A DNA stretch of 64,000 nucleotides from Pedobacter sp. (GTDB lineage: Bacteria > Desulfobacterota > Desulfuromonadia > Desulfuromonadales > Syntrophotaleaceae): the NCBI GenBank assembly GCA_050253415.1, contig JBFWJC010000001.1:1288679-1352678 (forward strand). The letters are read 5' to 3'. Each line of letters opens with the position of its first letter. Within the stretch, counting starts at the first letter, position 1. The position numbers and the translations under genes were made by a program. Shown here in pieces: positions 29,210-40,621 of the stretch. The notes under the pieces were generated by a model, which ran no database searches, was not told where the DNA came from, and saw nothing but the letters and a program-made list of their open reading frames with translations.

Positions 29210-29995
29210 ATGAGCGGATTTTTTGATTTCATTCAGAATTTCAGGTGGTTGCTTGATCCGCTCGATGTCGTTATTGTTGCTTTTATTATTTATCGCATCA
29301 TCCTCCTGATCAAGGGCACCCGAGCGGTTCAGATGCTGTTCGGACTGGCCGTGATCCTGATGGTTTACGTTGCATCCCAGGTCGCTGGACTCTACACGCT
29401 TCATTGGATCCTGGATAATTTTCTGTCATCCATTATCCTCGTAATCGTCGTGTTGTTTCAGAATGACATCCGCCGTGCCCTGATTCACGTAGGTGCCAAT
29501 CCGTTTTTTACCGATCTGTCGTATCGGGAAGAGAACGAGGTCATTTCCGAGCTGGTCAAGGCTTGTGTGAATATGGCCAACCGTCGGATCGGTGCTTTGC
29601 TGGTGGTCGAACGGGAGACCGGGATCAAGGACTTTCTTGAAGTCGGGACCGAAATCGACTCCAAAGTCACCAGCGATCTGATTACCTCGATTTTTTTGCC
29701 ATATTCACCTTTGCACGATGGTGCCCTGGTGGTACAGCAGGGGAGGTTGACGCGGGCCGGTTGCTTTTTACCCCTCTCCCAGAATCCGGATATCAGTAAA
29801 GCTCTTGGTACCCGTCACCGGGCCGCCATCGGCTTGACCGAACTGGTTGATGCTTTGGCCATTGTGGTTTCGGAGGAGACCGGTAAAATTTCCATCATAG
29901 TCGGTGGGCGTATCACCCGCGATCTCGATTCCACATCGTTAAGTCGGGTGCTGAAAAATCTTTTGGAACCGCGCACTCCCCGGAAGAATAAGTAA
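29210..29995 (+). CDS. cdaA: Diadenylate cyclase CdaA/DacA
   Basis: Three N-terminal TM helices, SPLHDGA, GTRHRAA, VSEETG. Confidence 0.93.
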   Translation: MSGFFDFIQNFRWLLDPLDVVIVAFIIYRIILLIKGTRAVQMLFGLAVILMVYVASQVAGLYTLHWILDNFLSSIILVIVVLFQNDIRRALIHVGANPFFTDLSYREENEVISELVKACVNMANRRIGALLVVERETGIKDFLEVGTEIDSKVTSDLITSIFLPYSPLHDGALVVQQGRLTRAGCFLPLSQNPDISKALGTRHRAAIGLTELVDALAIVVSEETGKISIIVGGRITRDLDSTSLSRVLKNLLEPRTPRKNK

Positions 29996-29997
29996 CC

Positions 29998-30654
29998 ATG
30001 TTTAAAATGTTGACGGAAAACTGGGCGCTGAAACTTTTGTCCCTGGTTTTCGCTCTGATCCTGTGGTTTTTTGTCATGGGCGAGCGCAAGCTGGAGCGGT
30101 CCTACGCCGTGCCGCTGGAGATGAAAAATGTCCCCAAGGCAATGATTGTCGCCAACGATGTCCCAAGCGAGGTAGCAGTGCGTATCAGCGGGCCGCGCAC
30201 TTTGCTGATGAATCTGCATGCCGAGGATTTACGCATTGTTATCGATCTGCAGGATCTCCCCCCCGGGTTAACTTCCTTTAAGCGTCTCGAAGAGCGGCTC
30301 AATATTCCGGCTCCCCTCAAGGTAACGCGACTGTCTCCATCCTATGTCGATGTCAAAATGGAGCGTGTTGCGGTTAAACGGGTGCCTGTCAAAGCGATTC
30401 TCAAAGGACGCCCGGCCGAAGGGTTCTGGGTCGAAAAGGTGAGCACTGTTCCTGAATCTGTTGTTGTTGAGGGGGCTGAGGGGGAATTATCCACCCTGCA
30501 GCAGGTTCAGACTTCACCTTTGAATATTGATGGGGCCAACCGCGATCTGAACGAGCTGATATCGCTTAATTATCGCGGCAAATTCACTTGGTTGAAAAAA
30601 CCTGAAAATGTTGAAATCAAGGTTACCATCGGGCATCGTCCCGAAGGTGTTTAG
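29998..30654 (+). CDS. cdaR: YbbR-like CdaR regulator
   Basis: ENWALKLLSLVFALILWFFV plus YbbR repeats. Sits between cdaA and glmM. Confidence 0.85.
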   Translation: MFKMLTENWALKLLSLVFALILWFFVMGERKLERSYAVPLEMKNVPKAMIVANDVPSEVAVRISGPRTLLMNLHAEDLRIVIDLQDLPPGLTSFKRLEERLNIPAPLKVTRLSPSYVDVKMERVAVKRVPVKAILKGRPAEGFWVEKVSTVPESVVVEGAEGELSTLQQVQTSPLNIDGANRDLNELISLNYRGKFTWLKKPENVEIKVTIGHRPEGV

Positions 30655-30684
30655 CCGAATTCTTGCAGGAGACAGACTTTTAGC

Positions 30685-32058
30685 ATGAAAAAACGATTGT
30701 TCGGTACGGACGGTGTTCGCGGAGTTGCCAATATCTACCCCATGACTACTGAAATAGCCATGCAGCTTGGAAGGGCTGCGGCTTATATATTCAAGAAAGA
30801 TAATCCTCGGCGCCATCGGATTGTTATCGGCAAGGATACGCGTCTGTCAGGCTATATGATTGAAAATGCCCTGGTGGCAGGTATCTGTTCGATGGGGGTG
30901 GATGTGTTGCTGGTCGGGCCCCTGCCGACTCCCGGTATCGCATTTATCACGTCCTCCATGCGTGCCGATGCCGGTGTGGTCATTTCGGCTTCACACAATC
31001 CCTATCAGGATAACGGCATTAAGTTCTTCTCCGCAGACGGCTTTAAATTGCCGGATGAAACCGAGCTTGAAATCGAAAAATTGATTTTCGGCAACGAAAT
31101 CGATTCATTACGACCTGTGGCCGACGAGGTTGGTAAGGCCTTTCGCATTGATGATGCATGCGGCCGTTATATCGTGTTCTTGAAGAATTCGTTCCCCCAG
31201 CAACTCGACCTCAACGGTTTGAGAATCGTTCTTGATTGTGCCAACGGTGCAGCGTACAAAGTGGCTCCGGCGGTGCTTGAGGAACTTGGTGCCGAAGTTA
31301 TTCCGCTGGGGGTCAAACCAAACGGCTCGAACATCAATGCCGGTTGCGGTTCCCTGTATCCGGAAGTCATAGCCCGGGCGGTTAAAGAGCATGGCGCCCA
31401 TCTGGGGATGGCTTTGGATGGCGATGCGGATCGGGTGATCTTTGTTGATGAACAGGGCCGGGAAGTCGATGGCGATCAGATCATGGCGATATGCAGTCTC
31501 GACATGATGAAGCAGGGCAAACTGGCTCATAATACCCTGGTGGCTACCGTGATGAGTAATCTCGGTTTGGACATCGCCTTACGCGATGCCGGTGGCCGGG
31601 TTGTAAAAACGGCTGTCGGAGATCGCTACGTGGTGGAAGAAATGCGCCGTGGCGGTTACAATCTTGGTGGCGAACAGTCCGGACACATGATTTTTCTTGA
31701 CCACAATACCACCGGCGACGGCATGGTTTCGGCACTTCAATTACTTGCTATCATGCAACGTACCGGCAAGCCGCTGTCGGAACTGGCCAGTGTTATGACC
31801 ACTTTGCCGCAAGTGCTGCTCAATGTTCGTGTAGCCAGTCGCCAGGATATTAATATTGTTCCGGAAATTGCCCGTACCGTAACGGACGCCGAACAGAAAC
31901 TGGCGGATACCGGCCGGGTTCTTATTCGTTATTCCGGGACAGAGCCGCTGTTGCGTATTATGCTCGAGGGGCAGGACGAAAAGCAGATCACCGAATTGGC
32001 ACAGGGGATCGCCGATGTCATCGAACGGCATCTGGGCGTCAGAACAAAGGAGCACTAA
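30685..32058 (+). CDS. glmM: Phosphoglucosamine mutase
   Basis: [28 protein letters not shown]. Confidence 0.97.
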   Translation: MKKRLFGTDGVRGVANIYPMTTEIAMQLGRAAAYIFKKDNPRRHRIVIGKDTRLSGYMIENALVAGICSMGVDVLLVGPLPTPGIAFITSSMRADAGVVISASHNPYQDNGIKFFSADGFKLPDETELEIEKLIFGNEIDSLRPVADEVGKAFRIDDACGRYIVFLKNSFPQQLDLNGLRIVLDCANGAAYKVAPAVLEELGAEVIPLGVKPNGSNINAGCGSLYPEVIARAVKEHGAHLGMALDGDADRVIFVDEQGREVDGDQIMAICSLDMMKQGKLAHNTLVATVMSNLGLDIALRDAGGRVVKTAVGDRYVVEEMRRGGYNLGGEQSGHMIFLDHNTTGDGMVSALQLLAIMQRTGKPLSELASVMTTLPQVLLNVRVASRQDINIVPEIARTVTDAEQKLADTGRVLIRYSGTEPLLRIMLEGQDEKQITELAQGIADVIERHLGVRTKEH

Positions 32059-32060
32059 TC

Positions 32061-32780
32061 GTGGCATTGCTCGGAGTAAATGTTGACCATGTGGCGACCA
32101 TCCGTCAGGCCCGCGGGACTAACGAGCCTGATCCGATAACTGCCGCCGCGTTAGCAGAATTGGCAGGCGCCGACGGTATCACCATCCACCTGCGTGAAGA
32201 TCGACGGCATATTCAGGATCGGGATGTGGAGTTGATGCGTCAAACCATCAAGTCCCGACTCAATCTGGAAATGGCTGCCACGGATGAAATGGTCGGCATC
32301 GCCCTAAAGATATGTCCCGATGCCGTGACTCTGGTGCCGGAAAAGCGCAAGGAGTTGACAACCGAAGGGGGCTTGAACGTTGCCCTGTTGCGTCAGACCC
32401 TTAATAAGCATATAGACCTGCTCAAGCAGGGGGGCATAAGCGTGAGCCTGTTTATCGATCCGGATCTTGAACAGGTCAAGGCTTCCCACCGTATTGGCGC
32501 CGATGCCATTGAAATACATACCGGCAGCTATTGCGACGCAACCTGTGCCGTAACCCGGGAGAAAGAACTTGGCAAAATAGCTGCCGCTGTCAAGGCAGGT
32601 AACAAGCTCGGGCTGTCGGTGCATGCCGGTCATGGCCTGACCTACTATAATGTTCAACCGGTTGTGGCATTGGGGGGAATCCGGGAATTTAACATCGGTC
32701 ACAGCATTATCTCGCGTGCCGTTCTGGTCGGTATGGAACGGGCTGTGCGGGAGATGAAGGAACTGGTTGCCGGAGCCTGA
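32061..32780 (+). CDS. pdxJ: Pyridoxine 5'-phosphate synthase
   Basis: [38 protein letters not shown]. Confidence 0.97.
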   Translation: MALLGVNVDHVATIRQARGTNEPDPITAAALAELAGADGITIHLREDRRHIQDRDVELMRQTIKSRLNLEMAATDEMVGIALKICPDAVTLVPEKRKELTTEGGLNVALLRQTLNKHIDLLKQGGISVSLFIDPDLEQVKASHRIGADAIEIHTGSYCDATCAVTREKELGKIAAAVKAGNKLGLSVHAGHGLTYYNVQPVVALGGIREFNIGHSIISRAVLVGMERAVREMKELVAGA

Positions 32781-32781
32781 C

Positions 32782-33168
32782 ATGCCAAGTATAAGTGGTC
32801 TGGGCAACGACCTGGTGCGTATCCAGCGCTTTCGAGCTTTTATGCAGAAGGGCAAGACTGCCGTGCTTGAACGGTTGTTTACCCGGGATGAGCGCAGTTA
32901 CTGTCTGAGTAAAAAAGATCCGGCGCCACATTTGGCGGTACGGTTTGCCGCCAAGGAGGCATTCCTTAAAGCTCTTGGAACCGGATTGCGACACGGTATC
33001 CGCTGGCAGGACATGGAAGTCGTCCGAGACGAAGCGGGTAAACCTGATTTGGTTCTGAGTGGTGAGGCGGCCCGTTTGTTCTGCGATGGTGGTCATGAAA
33101 GACTGCTTCTGACGTGCAGCCATGATGGCGATTACGCTTTGGCGACAGTTGTTTTTGAAGGCAACTGA
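32782..33168 (+). CDS. acpS: Holo-ACP synthase
   Basis: GLGNDLV, RFAAKEAFLKALGTG, SHDGDYA. Confidence 0.93.
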   Translation: MPSISGLGNDLVRIQRFRAFMQKGKTAVLERLFTRDERSYCLSKKDPAPHLAVRFAAKEAFLKALGTGLRHGIRWQDMEVVRDEAGKPDLVLSGEAARLFCDGGHERLLLTCSHDGDYALATVVFEGN

Positions 33169-33197
33169 TCGGTTTTGTTTTAAGCCTGGAAAGGGGT

Positions 33198-33653
33198 ATG
33201 ATCATGCTGAAAGCCCGTGATATCATGACCAGCGAAGTGCATACGGTTTCCATGGAAACCAGTGTTGAGGAGCTGGCCCGCCTGTTTGTTTCCACCGGGG
33301 TCAGCGCCATGCCTGTGGTCGACGCCGAGGGGGTGCTGCAGGGGATCGTCACCGAAACCGACCTTGTAGCCCAAGATCGTCCGTTGCATATTCCAACAGT
33401 CGTTTCGTTGTTCGACTGGGTTGTTTACCTGGAGAGTGAGGACAAGTTTGCGGAACAGGTGAAAAAAATGACCGCACGCCAGGTAAGGGAGATCTGCACC
33501 ACCGAGGTGGAGAGTTGTTCGCCCGATACGCCGGTATCCCAGATTGTTGCCTTGATGTTGGAAAAAGGTATCCACATGGTACCGGTGGTCGAAAACGGCA
33601 AGCTGTCCGGCGTTGTGGCGCGTCTCGATATTATTCGCAGTATGGAGCTTTGA
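33198..33653 (+). CDS. CBS-domain pair protein
   Basis: ARDIMT, MPVVD..GIVTETDL, VPVVENGKLSGVVARLDII. Confidence 0.88.
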   Translation: MIMLKARDIMTSEVHTVSMETSVEELARLFVSTGVSAMPVVDAEGVLQGIVTETDLVAQDRPLHIPTVVSLFDWVVYLESEDKFAEQVKKMTARQVREICTTEVESCSPDTPVSQIVALMLEKGIHMVPVVENGKLSGVVARLDIIRSMEL

Positions 33654-33656
33654 TCT

Positions 33657-34139
33657 GTGCAGGAATGGGTCATTGATACCGCTTCGGCGGAAGAAACAAA
33701 AAGCCTTGGGCGTTGCCTCGGACAGGTTATACAGGAACCTGCGGTGCTCCTTCTGGTCGGCGACCTGGGGGCGGGTAAAACCTGCCTGACCCAGGGCATC
33801 GCACGCGGATTGGGGATCCCGGAGAGTGAACCGATCGTAAGCCCTACGTACACCTTGATGAATTTGTACGAGGGGCGCCTGCCTCTTTATCATTTCGATC
33901 TTTATCGGCTTGCCGATCCCGGTGAGTTGGAAGAACTTGGCATGGAGGAGTATCTGCCTGGCGAAGGTGTGGCCGTGGTGGAATGGGCCGACCGATTCGA
34001 AGATTTGTGTCAAGCCTATCTTGCCATCCGGATTTGCCACCGGGGGCCTGATCTGCGGACCCTTCATTTCCGTGCCGTCGGTTCGACCGGGAAGCTTCTG
34101 TTGGAGTCTTTACAGTCTGCCTGGAATCAGCGAGATTGA
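33657..34139 (+). CDS. tsaE: tRNA threonylcarbamoyladenosine ATPase TsaE
   Basis: GDLGAGKT, SPTYTL, HFDLYRL, VEW. Confidence 0.95.
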   Translation: MQEWVIDTASAEETKSLGRCLGQVIQEPAVLLLVGDLGAGKTCLTQGIARGLGIPESEPIVSPTYTLMNLYEGRLPLYHFDLYRLADPGELEELGMEEYLPGEGVAVVEWADRFEDLCQAYLAIRICHRGPDLRTLHFRAVGSTGKLLLESLQSAWNQRD

Positions 34140-34143
34140 ATCC

Positions 34144-35544
34144 ATGAATGCCTATGACCTGGTAGTGGTCGGGGCCGGACCTGGCGGCTACGTGGCCGCG
34201 CTGCGGGCAGCTCGCCTCGGTGCTCGGGTCTGCCTGGTGGAGCGGGAGCGGCTGGGCGGTACCTGCCTGCACCGCGGCTGTATTCCGACCAAGGCATTGC
34301 ATGCCACGGCGAGGCAGTTGTCGGCATTGCGCTCGGCGGCAGAGCATGGGATCAATATAAGTGGACTGGATTTTGATCCGATCCGCGCCCTGGCCCGAAA
34401 AGACGCGGTGGTAAAGCGTTTGGAACAGGGCATCGCAACTCTGGTGAAACAGGCCGGTATCGATCTGTTTCATGGCGATGCCTCGCTGGTTGGGGGAGGA
34501 CGACTGCGGGTGGAGCGCCCCGGCATGTCGGGGCTGATTCGCGCCCGTGCCATCGTTCTTGCTACCGGCTCCAGGCCTGTCAGGCCCAAATTCCTTGAGC
34601 AGGCCGATAAAAATGTTTTGACCAGCGATGAAATTCTTGTTATGCAGAACCTTCCGTCTTCCTTGCTGGTTCTGGGTGGGGGATACATCGGGTGCGAACT
34701 GGCGGGAATTCTTGCGCGCTTCGGTGTCAAGGTTACGTTGGTGGAGCAACGCCCGCAGTTGCTGGAGAACCAGGATGCCGATGGAGTACGTCTGGTCACG
34801 CAGGGTTTGCAGCGTCTTGGCGTGGAGATTCTCACCGGCACTACGCTGCAACAAGTCAAAAATGACACCGGCGTTCACGCTACCTTCGCGGATGGTCGCA
34901 GTCTGCGATTTGACAAAGTACTGGCGTCGGTAGGGAGGGTTCCCAACACCGAAGGTTTGATGCTGTCAGAGGCCGGCGTGGCTCTGGAGGGCGGCGCCGT
35001 GCAGGTCGATGATAATATGCAGACCTCCTTACCTGGCGTTTATGCCATCGGTGACCTGACGGGGTCCGTGATGCTGGCTCACGTCGCCATGCATCATGCC
35101 GAACGCGCTGTAGCTCATATCCTTGGCGTGTCCGGGCCCATGCGGGGAATCGACCAGCAGGTCCCGAGTGTGGTTTTTACGCAGCCGGAACTGGCCCAGG
35201 TTGGAGAGTCGGAGGCAGCGTGCCGCTCCAGGGGACAGGCTGTCAAAATTGGCAGATTTTCCTTTCAAGCCAGTGGCAAGGCTCTGTGTGACGGGGCAGG
35301 CGAAGGGATGGTAAAACTGATCGCCGATGCGCAAGACGGGAAGTTGCTCGGGGCTATGATTGTTGGCGAGGATGCTGCGACTCTGATCGCAGAGGTCGCA
35401 ACGGCCATCGGATCAGGCATTACGGCTCGACAGCTTGCGACCATTGTGCATGCTCATCCTACCCTGTCGGAGATTGTCCAGGAAGCAGCACGCGACCTGG
35501 ACAATGAGGCTATTCACAAACCGTTCAAAATGGATGCAGGTTGA
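34144..35544 (+). CDS. lpdA: Dihydrolipoamide dehydrogenase
   Basis: GAGPGGYVAA, GGTCLHRGCIPTK, GGGYIGCE, HAHPTLSE. Confidence 0.9.
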   Translation: MNAYDLVVVGAGPGGYVAALRAARLGARVCLVERERLGGTCLHRGCIPTKALHATARQLSALRSAAEHGINISGLDFDPIRALARKDAVVKRLEQGIATLVKQAGIDLFHGDASLVGGGRLRVERPGMSGLIRARAIVLATGSRPVRPKFLEQADKNVLTSDEILVMQNLPSSLLVLGGGYIGCELAGILARFGVKVTLVEQRPQLLENQDADGVRLVTQGLQRLGVEILTGTTLQQVKNDTGVHATFADGRSLRFDKVLASVGRVPNTEGLMLSEAGVALEGGAVQVDDNMQTSLPGVYAIGDLTGSVMLAHVAMHHAERAVAHILGVSGPMRGIDQQVPSVVFTQPELAQVGESEAACRSRGQAVKIGRFSFQASGKALCDGAGEGMVKLIADAQDGKLLGAMIVGEDAATLIAEVATAIGSGITARQLATIVHAHPTLSEIVQEAARDLDNEAIHKPFKMDAG

Positions 35545-35656
35545 TTGCCTGAGGTCGCCGGGCACCGTCGTCCCGTACTTTGGATAAACCTGCGTATTCA
35601 TAATCCAGGCTGAAGAAGATGCCTGGTTTTCTATAATGAAAAGGAGGAAGGGGACT

Positions 35657-36889
35657 ATGGCCCTGGTTGTACAGAAATACGGGGGAACATCGGTCGGTAC
35701 CACCGACAGGATTCGTAATGTTGCCCGTCGTGTCGCCAAAACCTACGATGATGGCAACGATGTGATCGTGGTTTTGTCAGCCATGTCCGGCGAAACCAAC
35801 AAGCTGGTTTCTCTGGCTAATGAGATGTGTGATTTTCCCAGTGAGCGGGAATATGATGTGCTGGTGTCAACCGGCGAGCAGGTCACCATTTCCCTGCTGT
35901 CCATGTGCCTGCAGTCCATGGGGTACAAGGCAAAAAGTTACCTTGGACATCAAATCCCGATTATCACCGACAATGTTTTCAGCAAGGCCCGTATCGAAGA
36001 GATCGGCGATAAAAATATCCGCGAGGATTTGAAAAACGGTACCATTATCGTCGTGGCCGGTTTTCAGGGGATCGATCGCGACGGTAACCTGACCACCCTC
36101 GGTCGAGGCGGTTCGGATACCTCCGCCGTAGCGGTTGCAGCCGCTTTAAAGGCTGATGTGTGCGAGATCTATACCGATGTCGACGGGGTATATACCACAG
36201 ATCCGCGTATCGTGACCGAGGCGTCCAAGATTGACAAAATTTCCTACGACGAGATGCTGGAGATGGCCTCCCTTGGAGCCAAGGTTCTGCAGATCCGTTC
36301 GGTGGAATTTGCAAAAAAATTTGGCGTATTGGTACACGTACGTTCCAGTTTTAACGATAATCCAGGTACCCTGGTTACCAAGGAGGACGAGGATATGGAG
36401 ACCGTTCTGGTTTCAGGCATTACATACAACAAGGATGAAGCCAAAATTTCAGTGATGGGGGTTCCGGATAAGCCGGGCATTGCTTCGAAGCTGTTCATGC
36501 CTTTGTCCGCGGCTAATATTACTGTCGATATGATCATTCAGAACGTATCCAATGACGGTCTTACCGATCTGACCTTTACCGTACCTCATGGCGATTTTAA
36601 AAAGGCTCTCAAAGTCGTGGAGGAGATTTCTCGGGATATTGGTGCCGCGGGTGTGCGCAGCGATGAAAATATTGCCAAAGTGTCTATCGTCGGAGTTGGT
36701 ATGCGTTCCCACTCCGGTATCGCCAGCAAGATGTTTCAGGTCTTGTCCCAGGAAGGGATCAATATCCAGATGATCTCCACCAGTGAGATCAAGGTATCCT
36801 GCGTTATTGACGCCAAATACACGGAATTGGCGGTACGCGTTCTGCACCAGGCTTTTGGCTTGGATAAAAAAGACAGCAAGGCCGAATAA
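35657..36889 (+). CDS. lysC: Aspartate kinase
   Basis: [25 protein letters not shown] and two ACT domains. Confidence 0.95.
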   Translation: MALVVQKYGGTSVGTTDRIRNVARRVAKTYDDGNDVIVVLSAMSGETNKLVSLANEMCDFPSEREYDVLVSTGEQVTISLLSMCLQSMGYKAKSYLGHQIPIITDNVFSKARIEEIGDKNIREDLKNGTIIVVAGFQGIDRDGNLTTLGRGGSDTSAVAVAAALKADVCEIYTDVDGVYTTDPRIVTEASKIDKISYDEMLEMASLGAKVLQIRSVEFAKKFGVLVHVRSSFNDNPGTLVTKEDEDMETVLVSGITYNKDEAKISVMGVPDKPGIASKLFMPLSAANITVDMIIQNVSNDGLTDLTFTVPHGDFKKALKVVEEISRDIGAAGVRSDENIAKVSIVGVGMRSHSGIASKMFQVLSQEGINIQMISTSEIKVSCVIDAKYTELAVRVLHQAFGLDKKDSKAE

Positions 36890-36930
36890 GGGGTGTCCCA
36901 CCGGATGCTCGGCCGCAGCCAAGGGGTAAT

Positions 36931-38508
36931 ATGATGACTGCGATTCGATTGTACGACACCACGCTGAGAGATGGCACTCAGGCTGAAGAAATCTCCTTTT
37001 TGGTCGAGGATAAAATCCGCATTGCCGAAAGACTCGATGACTTGGGGATTCATTATATCGAGGGCGGGTGGCCGGGATCCAATCCTAAAGACATCAGCTT
37101 TTTTCGGAAAATCCGCAAGGCGTCCTTGCGTCAAACCAAAATCGCTGCGTTCGGATCGACCCGTCGGGCCAAAACGACACCTGATAAAGATACCAATCTG
37201 CGCACTCTTATCCAGTCGGAGCCGGATGTCATTACCATCTTCGGCAAGACCTGGGATTTTCACGTGCGGGAAGCTCTGCGTATCAGTCTGGAGCAGAACC
37301 TCGAGCTGATCAATGACTCCCTGGTGTATTTGAAACAGCATGTCGAGGAAGTCTTTTACGATGCCGAACATTTTTTCGACGGCTACAAGGCTAATCCCGA
37401 ATATGCGATCAAAACGCTGCAGGCGGCCGAACAGGCCGGTGTCGACTGTATCGTACTTTGTGATACCAACGGCGGGACTCTACCGTTCGAACTGCCTGCG
37501 ATTATCGCCGACGTGCGCAAGCATATTTCCACTCCCCTGGGAATCCATTCACATAACGACAGTGAATGCGCTGTTGCCAATTCGTTGGTGGCGGTTGATT
37601 GCGGCATCGTGCATATACAAGGCACGATCAACGGTTTCGGAGAGAGGTGTGGTAATGCCAACCTGTGTTCCATTATCCCCTCTCTGATGCTGAAAATGGG
37701 CAAGGAATGCCTGCGTGAGGACCAGTTGGCGTCGCTGCGCGATGTTTCCCGATTTGTTTATGAATTGGCCAACCTGGTGCCGAACAAGCATCAGCCGTTT
37801 GTCGGGAACTCTGCATTTGCCCACAAGGGCGGCGTTCATGTTTCCGCCATTCAGCGGCATCCGGAAACCTATGAACATATCCGGCCGGAGCGGGTCGGTA
37901 ATGTCAGTCGGGTTCTGGTGTCCGATCTTTCCGGGCGCTCCAATATTCTGGCCAAGGCTCAGCAATTCAATATCAACCTTGATAGCAAGGATCCTCTGAC
38001 CGTTGAAATTCTCGAGCGTCTTAAGACACTTGAAAATCAGGGGTATCAATTTGAAGGCGCCGAAGCGTCGTTTGATCTGCTCATGCGTCGGGCCCTGGGG
38101 ACACTGCGGCCGTTCTTCTCGGTTGTGGGTTTTCGGGTCATCGACAGTAAACGCGAGGGCGAGGAGAAGCCTTTTTCAGAGGCTACCGTACAGGTTAAGG
38201 TCGGCGGCCATATCGAGCACACGGCTGCCGAAGGCAACGGACCCGTCAATGCACTGGACCATGCCTTGCGTAAGGCGCTTGAAAACTTTTACCCTCAGAT
38301 CAAAGAGATGCAATTGCTTGATTACAAGGTCAGAGTGCTTCCCGCTGGAAGGGGCACGGCCTCGATAACCCGGGTTCTTATCGAGTCGGGGGATAAGGCT
38401 ATGCGCTGGGGGACCGTCGGGGTGAGTGATAATATAATCGACGCTTCTTACTATGCACTGGTCGATGCTTTTCAATACAAACTTTTAAAAGACAGCGAAG
38501 CCTGTTAG
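36931..38508 (+). CDS. cimA: Citramalate synthase
   Basis: [42 protein letters not shown]. Confidence 0.88.
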   Translation: MMTAIRLYDTTLRDGTQAEEISFLVEDKIRIAERLDDLGIHYIEGGWPGSNPKDISFFRKIRKASLRQTKIAAFGSTRRAKTTPDKDTNLRTLIQSEPDVITIFGKTWDFHVREALRISLEQNLELINDSLVYLKQHVEEVFYDAEHFFDGYKANPEYAIKTLQAAEQAGVDCIVLCDTNGGTLPFELPAIIADVRKHISTPLGIHSHNDSECAVANSLVAVDCGIVHIQGTINGFGERCGNANLCSIIPSLMLKMGKECLREDQLASLRDVSRFVYELANLVPNKHQPFVGNSAFAHKGGVHVSAIQRHPETYEHIRPERVGNVSRVLVSDLSGRSNILAKAQQFNINLDSKDPLTVEILERLKTLENQGYQFEGAEASFDLLMRRALGTLRPFFSVVGFRVIDSKREGEEKPFSEATVQVKVGGHIEHTAAEGNGPVNALDHALRKALENFYPQIKEMQLLDYKVRVLPAGRGTASITRVLIESGDKAMRWGTVGVSDNIIDASYYALVDAFQYKLLKDSEAC

Positions 38509-38510
38509 TG

Positions 38511-39065
38511 ATGAAACGGCCACGCGGAACCGTTCTGCTGGTCACCGTTTTGCTCAGTATACTTATGTTTCGTATAAGCCGGGTGGCTCCTCCTGTCAGG
38601 GATGAGTTCCCGGCTTTTTATGTAAATAATCCCGAGCATGTTACGATTTATTTAGGTTCTGGATTCAAAAATAAAGGCTATCATCAAATTATTGACGGTA
38701 TGTTGATCGAAGACGTCATCCATATGGCGGGGTTTCAAGTGCCGCCAAACCTTGGGAAATCCTTGGCGGAAAAGGGGCCCTTACGTTCTGGGGAGGGCCT
38801 GGAGATATCTTCCCGCGATTTGGAAGTTATTGAAGTGGAACGCTTTTTTGTGCCTGCGGCGCAACGGATTACTCTGGGGATTCCGCTTCATCCTGATACC
38901 ATGAAAGCCAATGATTGGCAAGCGCTGCCGGGTATCGGGCCCCGTCTTGCGGAGCGAATTGTTGTTGATCGCCAAAAAAATGGCGAATTTGGTAGTTTGA
39001 AGGCCCTTACACGTGTCAAAGGCATAGGGAACGGTACTATAAAACGATTGAAGGAATTTTTTTGA
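38511..39065 (+). CDS. comEA: ComEA-like helix-hairpin-helix DNA-binding protein
   Basis: N-terminal TM helix, LPGIGPRLAERIV..RVKGIG. Confidence 0.75.
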   Translation: MKRPRGTVLLVTVLLSILMFRISRVAPPVRDEFPAFYVNNPEHVTIYLGSGFKNKGYHQIIDGMLIEDVIHMAGFQVPPNLGKSLAEKGPLRSGEGLEISSRDLEVIEVERFFVPAAQRITLGIPLHPDTMKANDWQALPGIGPRLAERIVVDRQKNGEFGSLKALTRVKGIGNGTIKRLKEFF

Positions 39066-39159
39066 AAAAAAATCAATGTTTTTAAGTTATTGTAATCATT
39101 ATTGAAAGTAAAAAACTTTTGGTGACAATGGAAGCTCTTTAAAGCTTTTCTCCTTGGTC

Positions 39160-39175
39160 TGGCACGAGACGTGAA
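39160..39175 (+). promoter_or_regulatory. Sigma54-like promoter (variant -12)
   Basis: TGGCACGAGACGTGAA has a perfect -24 but GA instead of GC at -12. AT-rich upstream region. Confidence 0.45.
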
Positions 39176-39234
39176 ACTACGTTTTATGCAACGCGCTAGA
39201 TGGTGGAACTGATTTTTCAACCAAGGGGGAAACT

Positions 39235-39390
39235 ATGAGATGTCCTAAATGCAAAGGTCGGATGTACGCCGAGAAATTCTATGATTTCGTGAGAGTATTT
39301 GATGCTTGGAAGTGCTCTGCCTGTGGTGAAATGGTCGATCACACCATTCTTGCGAATCGGGCGCGCAGTCGTAATTTGTTTTTGGGGTAA
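39235..39390 (+). CDS. 51-aa zinc-ribbon (dual CxxC) microprotein
   Basis: Below the ORF-track cutoff. MRCPKCKGRMYAEKFYDFVRVFDAWKCSACGEMVDHTILANRARSRNLFLG, with AAGGGGG SD and a terminator at ~39449-39480. Confidence 0.8.
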   Translation: MRCPKCKGRMYAEKFYDFVRVFDAWKCSACGEMVDHTILANRARSRNLFLG

Positions 39391-39526
39391 GCCCTTGTAG
39401 ATATAAGTCTGAACAGCGTTATATCAGGCGCCAAATATAATTCGTTAGAAGGTCGGGGCATCGGTTCCGGCCTTTTTGTTTTTTAATTGATAATGTACTG
39501 ACGAATGCTTGGAAAGGACTCGGATC

Positions 39527-40609
39527 GTGCAGATACACGAATTGGCAGAATATGTCGGTTTTTGGAAGCCGATTATGCTTTTGATTTTACTGCCGCTGGT
39601 TGTTTACGGGGTAGCCACGGTCTTATTGATAATCGTAAAAAAAATAGCAGAGAAAACCTATCCGGGTAGTGCGACGCTGATAACAGACTATGCCATCCGG
39701 CCGATTCGGTTGTTGGTTGTCATGGCCGTATTGGGCATGGTTTTGCCCGTTACAGGCTGGGCTCCCGACATTCTTGGCTTAATACGGCATGTCCTGGCTT
39801 TGGTGATGATAGGCGTATGTGCCTGGTTGTTGATCAATGCAACGTTGGCCGGGCGGAGCCTGTTGCTCATGCGCTATGACATGTCTGCACCGGATAATCT
39901 TCGCGCCCGGTCGGTCTTGACGCAGGTGAATGTTCTGCTCCGGGTTCTGTGGGTTATTATTTTTGTGTTGGCTCTAGCATGCATGCTCATGACATTTGAT
40001 CGCATACGACAACTTGGCGTCAGCATGCTTGCCTCGGCAGGTCTTATCGGTATTGTCGCGGGTTTCGCCGCGCAAAGAAGCCTTGCAACTCTGGTGGCGG
40101 GAATTCAGATCGCGCTTACGCAACCGATTCGCCTGGATGATGTGGTCGTCGTAGAAGGGGAATGGGGGCGGATTGAAGAGATAACTTTGACCTATGTCGT
40201 GATTCGCATCTGGGACGAGAGACGTCTGATCGTGCCGATTACCCAATTCCTGGAACGGTCTTTTCAAAACTGGACGCGCACATCAGCACAAATCCTCGGT
40301 ACGGTTTTTTTATGGACCGATTATACCGTTCCCCTGGCATCGTTGCGCCAGGAGTTGGAGAGAATCGTTGCAAAATCATCTCTTTGGGACCGCAGAGTGT
40401 GTCTGCTGCAAGTGACGGAGGCTGGCGAGCATGCCTTACAGTTGCGGGCCTTGGTAAGTGCTTCTGATTCGGGAAAATGCTGGGATTTACGCTGTGAAGT
40501 GCGGGAAAAACTCGTGGACTATATCCGTGAGATGTATCCGCAGGCGTTGCCGCGCTTGCGTGCAAGTCTGGCCTCCCCGCATGAGGAGGAGGCAACGGGT
40601 TTCAGATAA
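39527..40609 (+). CDS. MscS-family mechanosensitive channel
   Basis: LLASAG-like TM3, GFAAQRSLATLVAGIQIALTQPIRLDDVVVVEGEWGRIEEI, FQNWTR. Confidence 0.9.
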   Translation: MQIHELAEYVGFWKPIMLLILLPLVVYGVATVLLIIVKKIAEKTYPGSATLITDYAIRPIRLLVVMAVLGMVLPVTGWAPDILGLIRHVLALVMIGVCAWLLINATLAGRSLLLMRYDMSAPDNLRARSVLTQVNVLLRVLWVIIFVLALACMLMTFDRIRQLGVSMLASAGLIGIVAGFAAQRSLATLVAGIQIALTQPIRLDDVVVVEGEWGRIEEITLTYVVIRIWDERRLIVPITQFLERSFQNWTRTSAQILGTVFLWTDYTVPLASLRQELERIVAKSSLWDRRVCLLQVTEAGEHALQLRALVSASDSGKCWDLRCEVREKLVDYIREMYPQALPRLRASLASPHEEEATGFR

Positions 40610-40621
40610 AATCTTTGTTAT

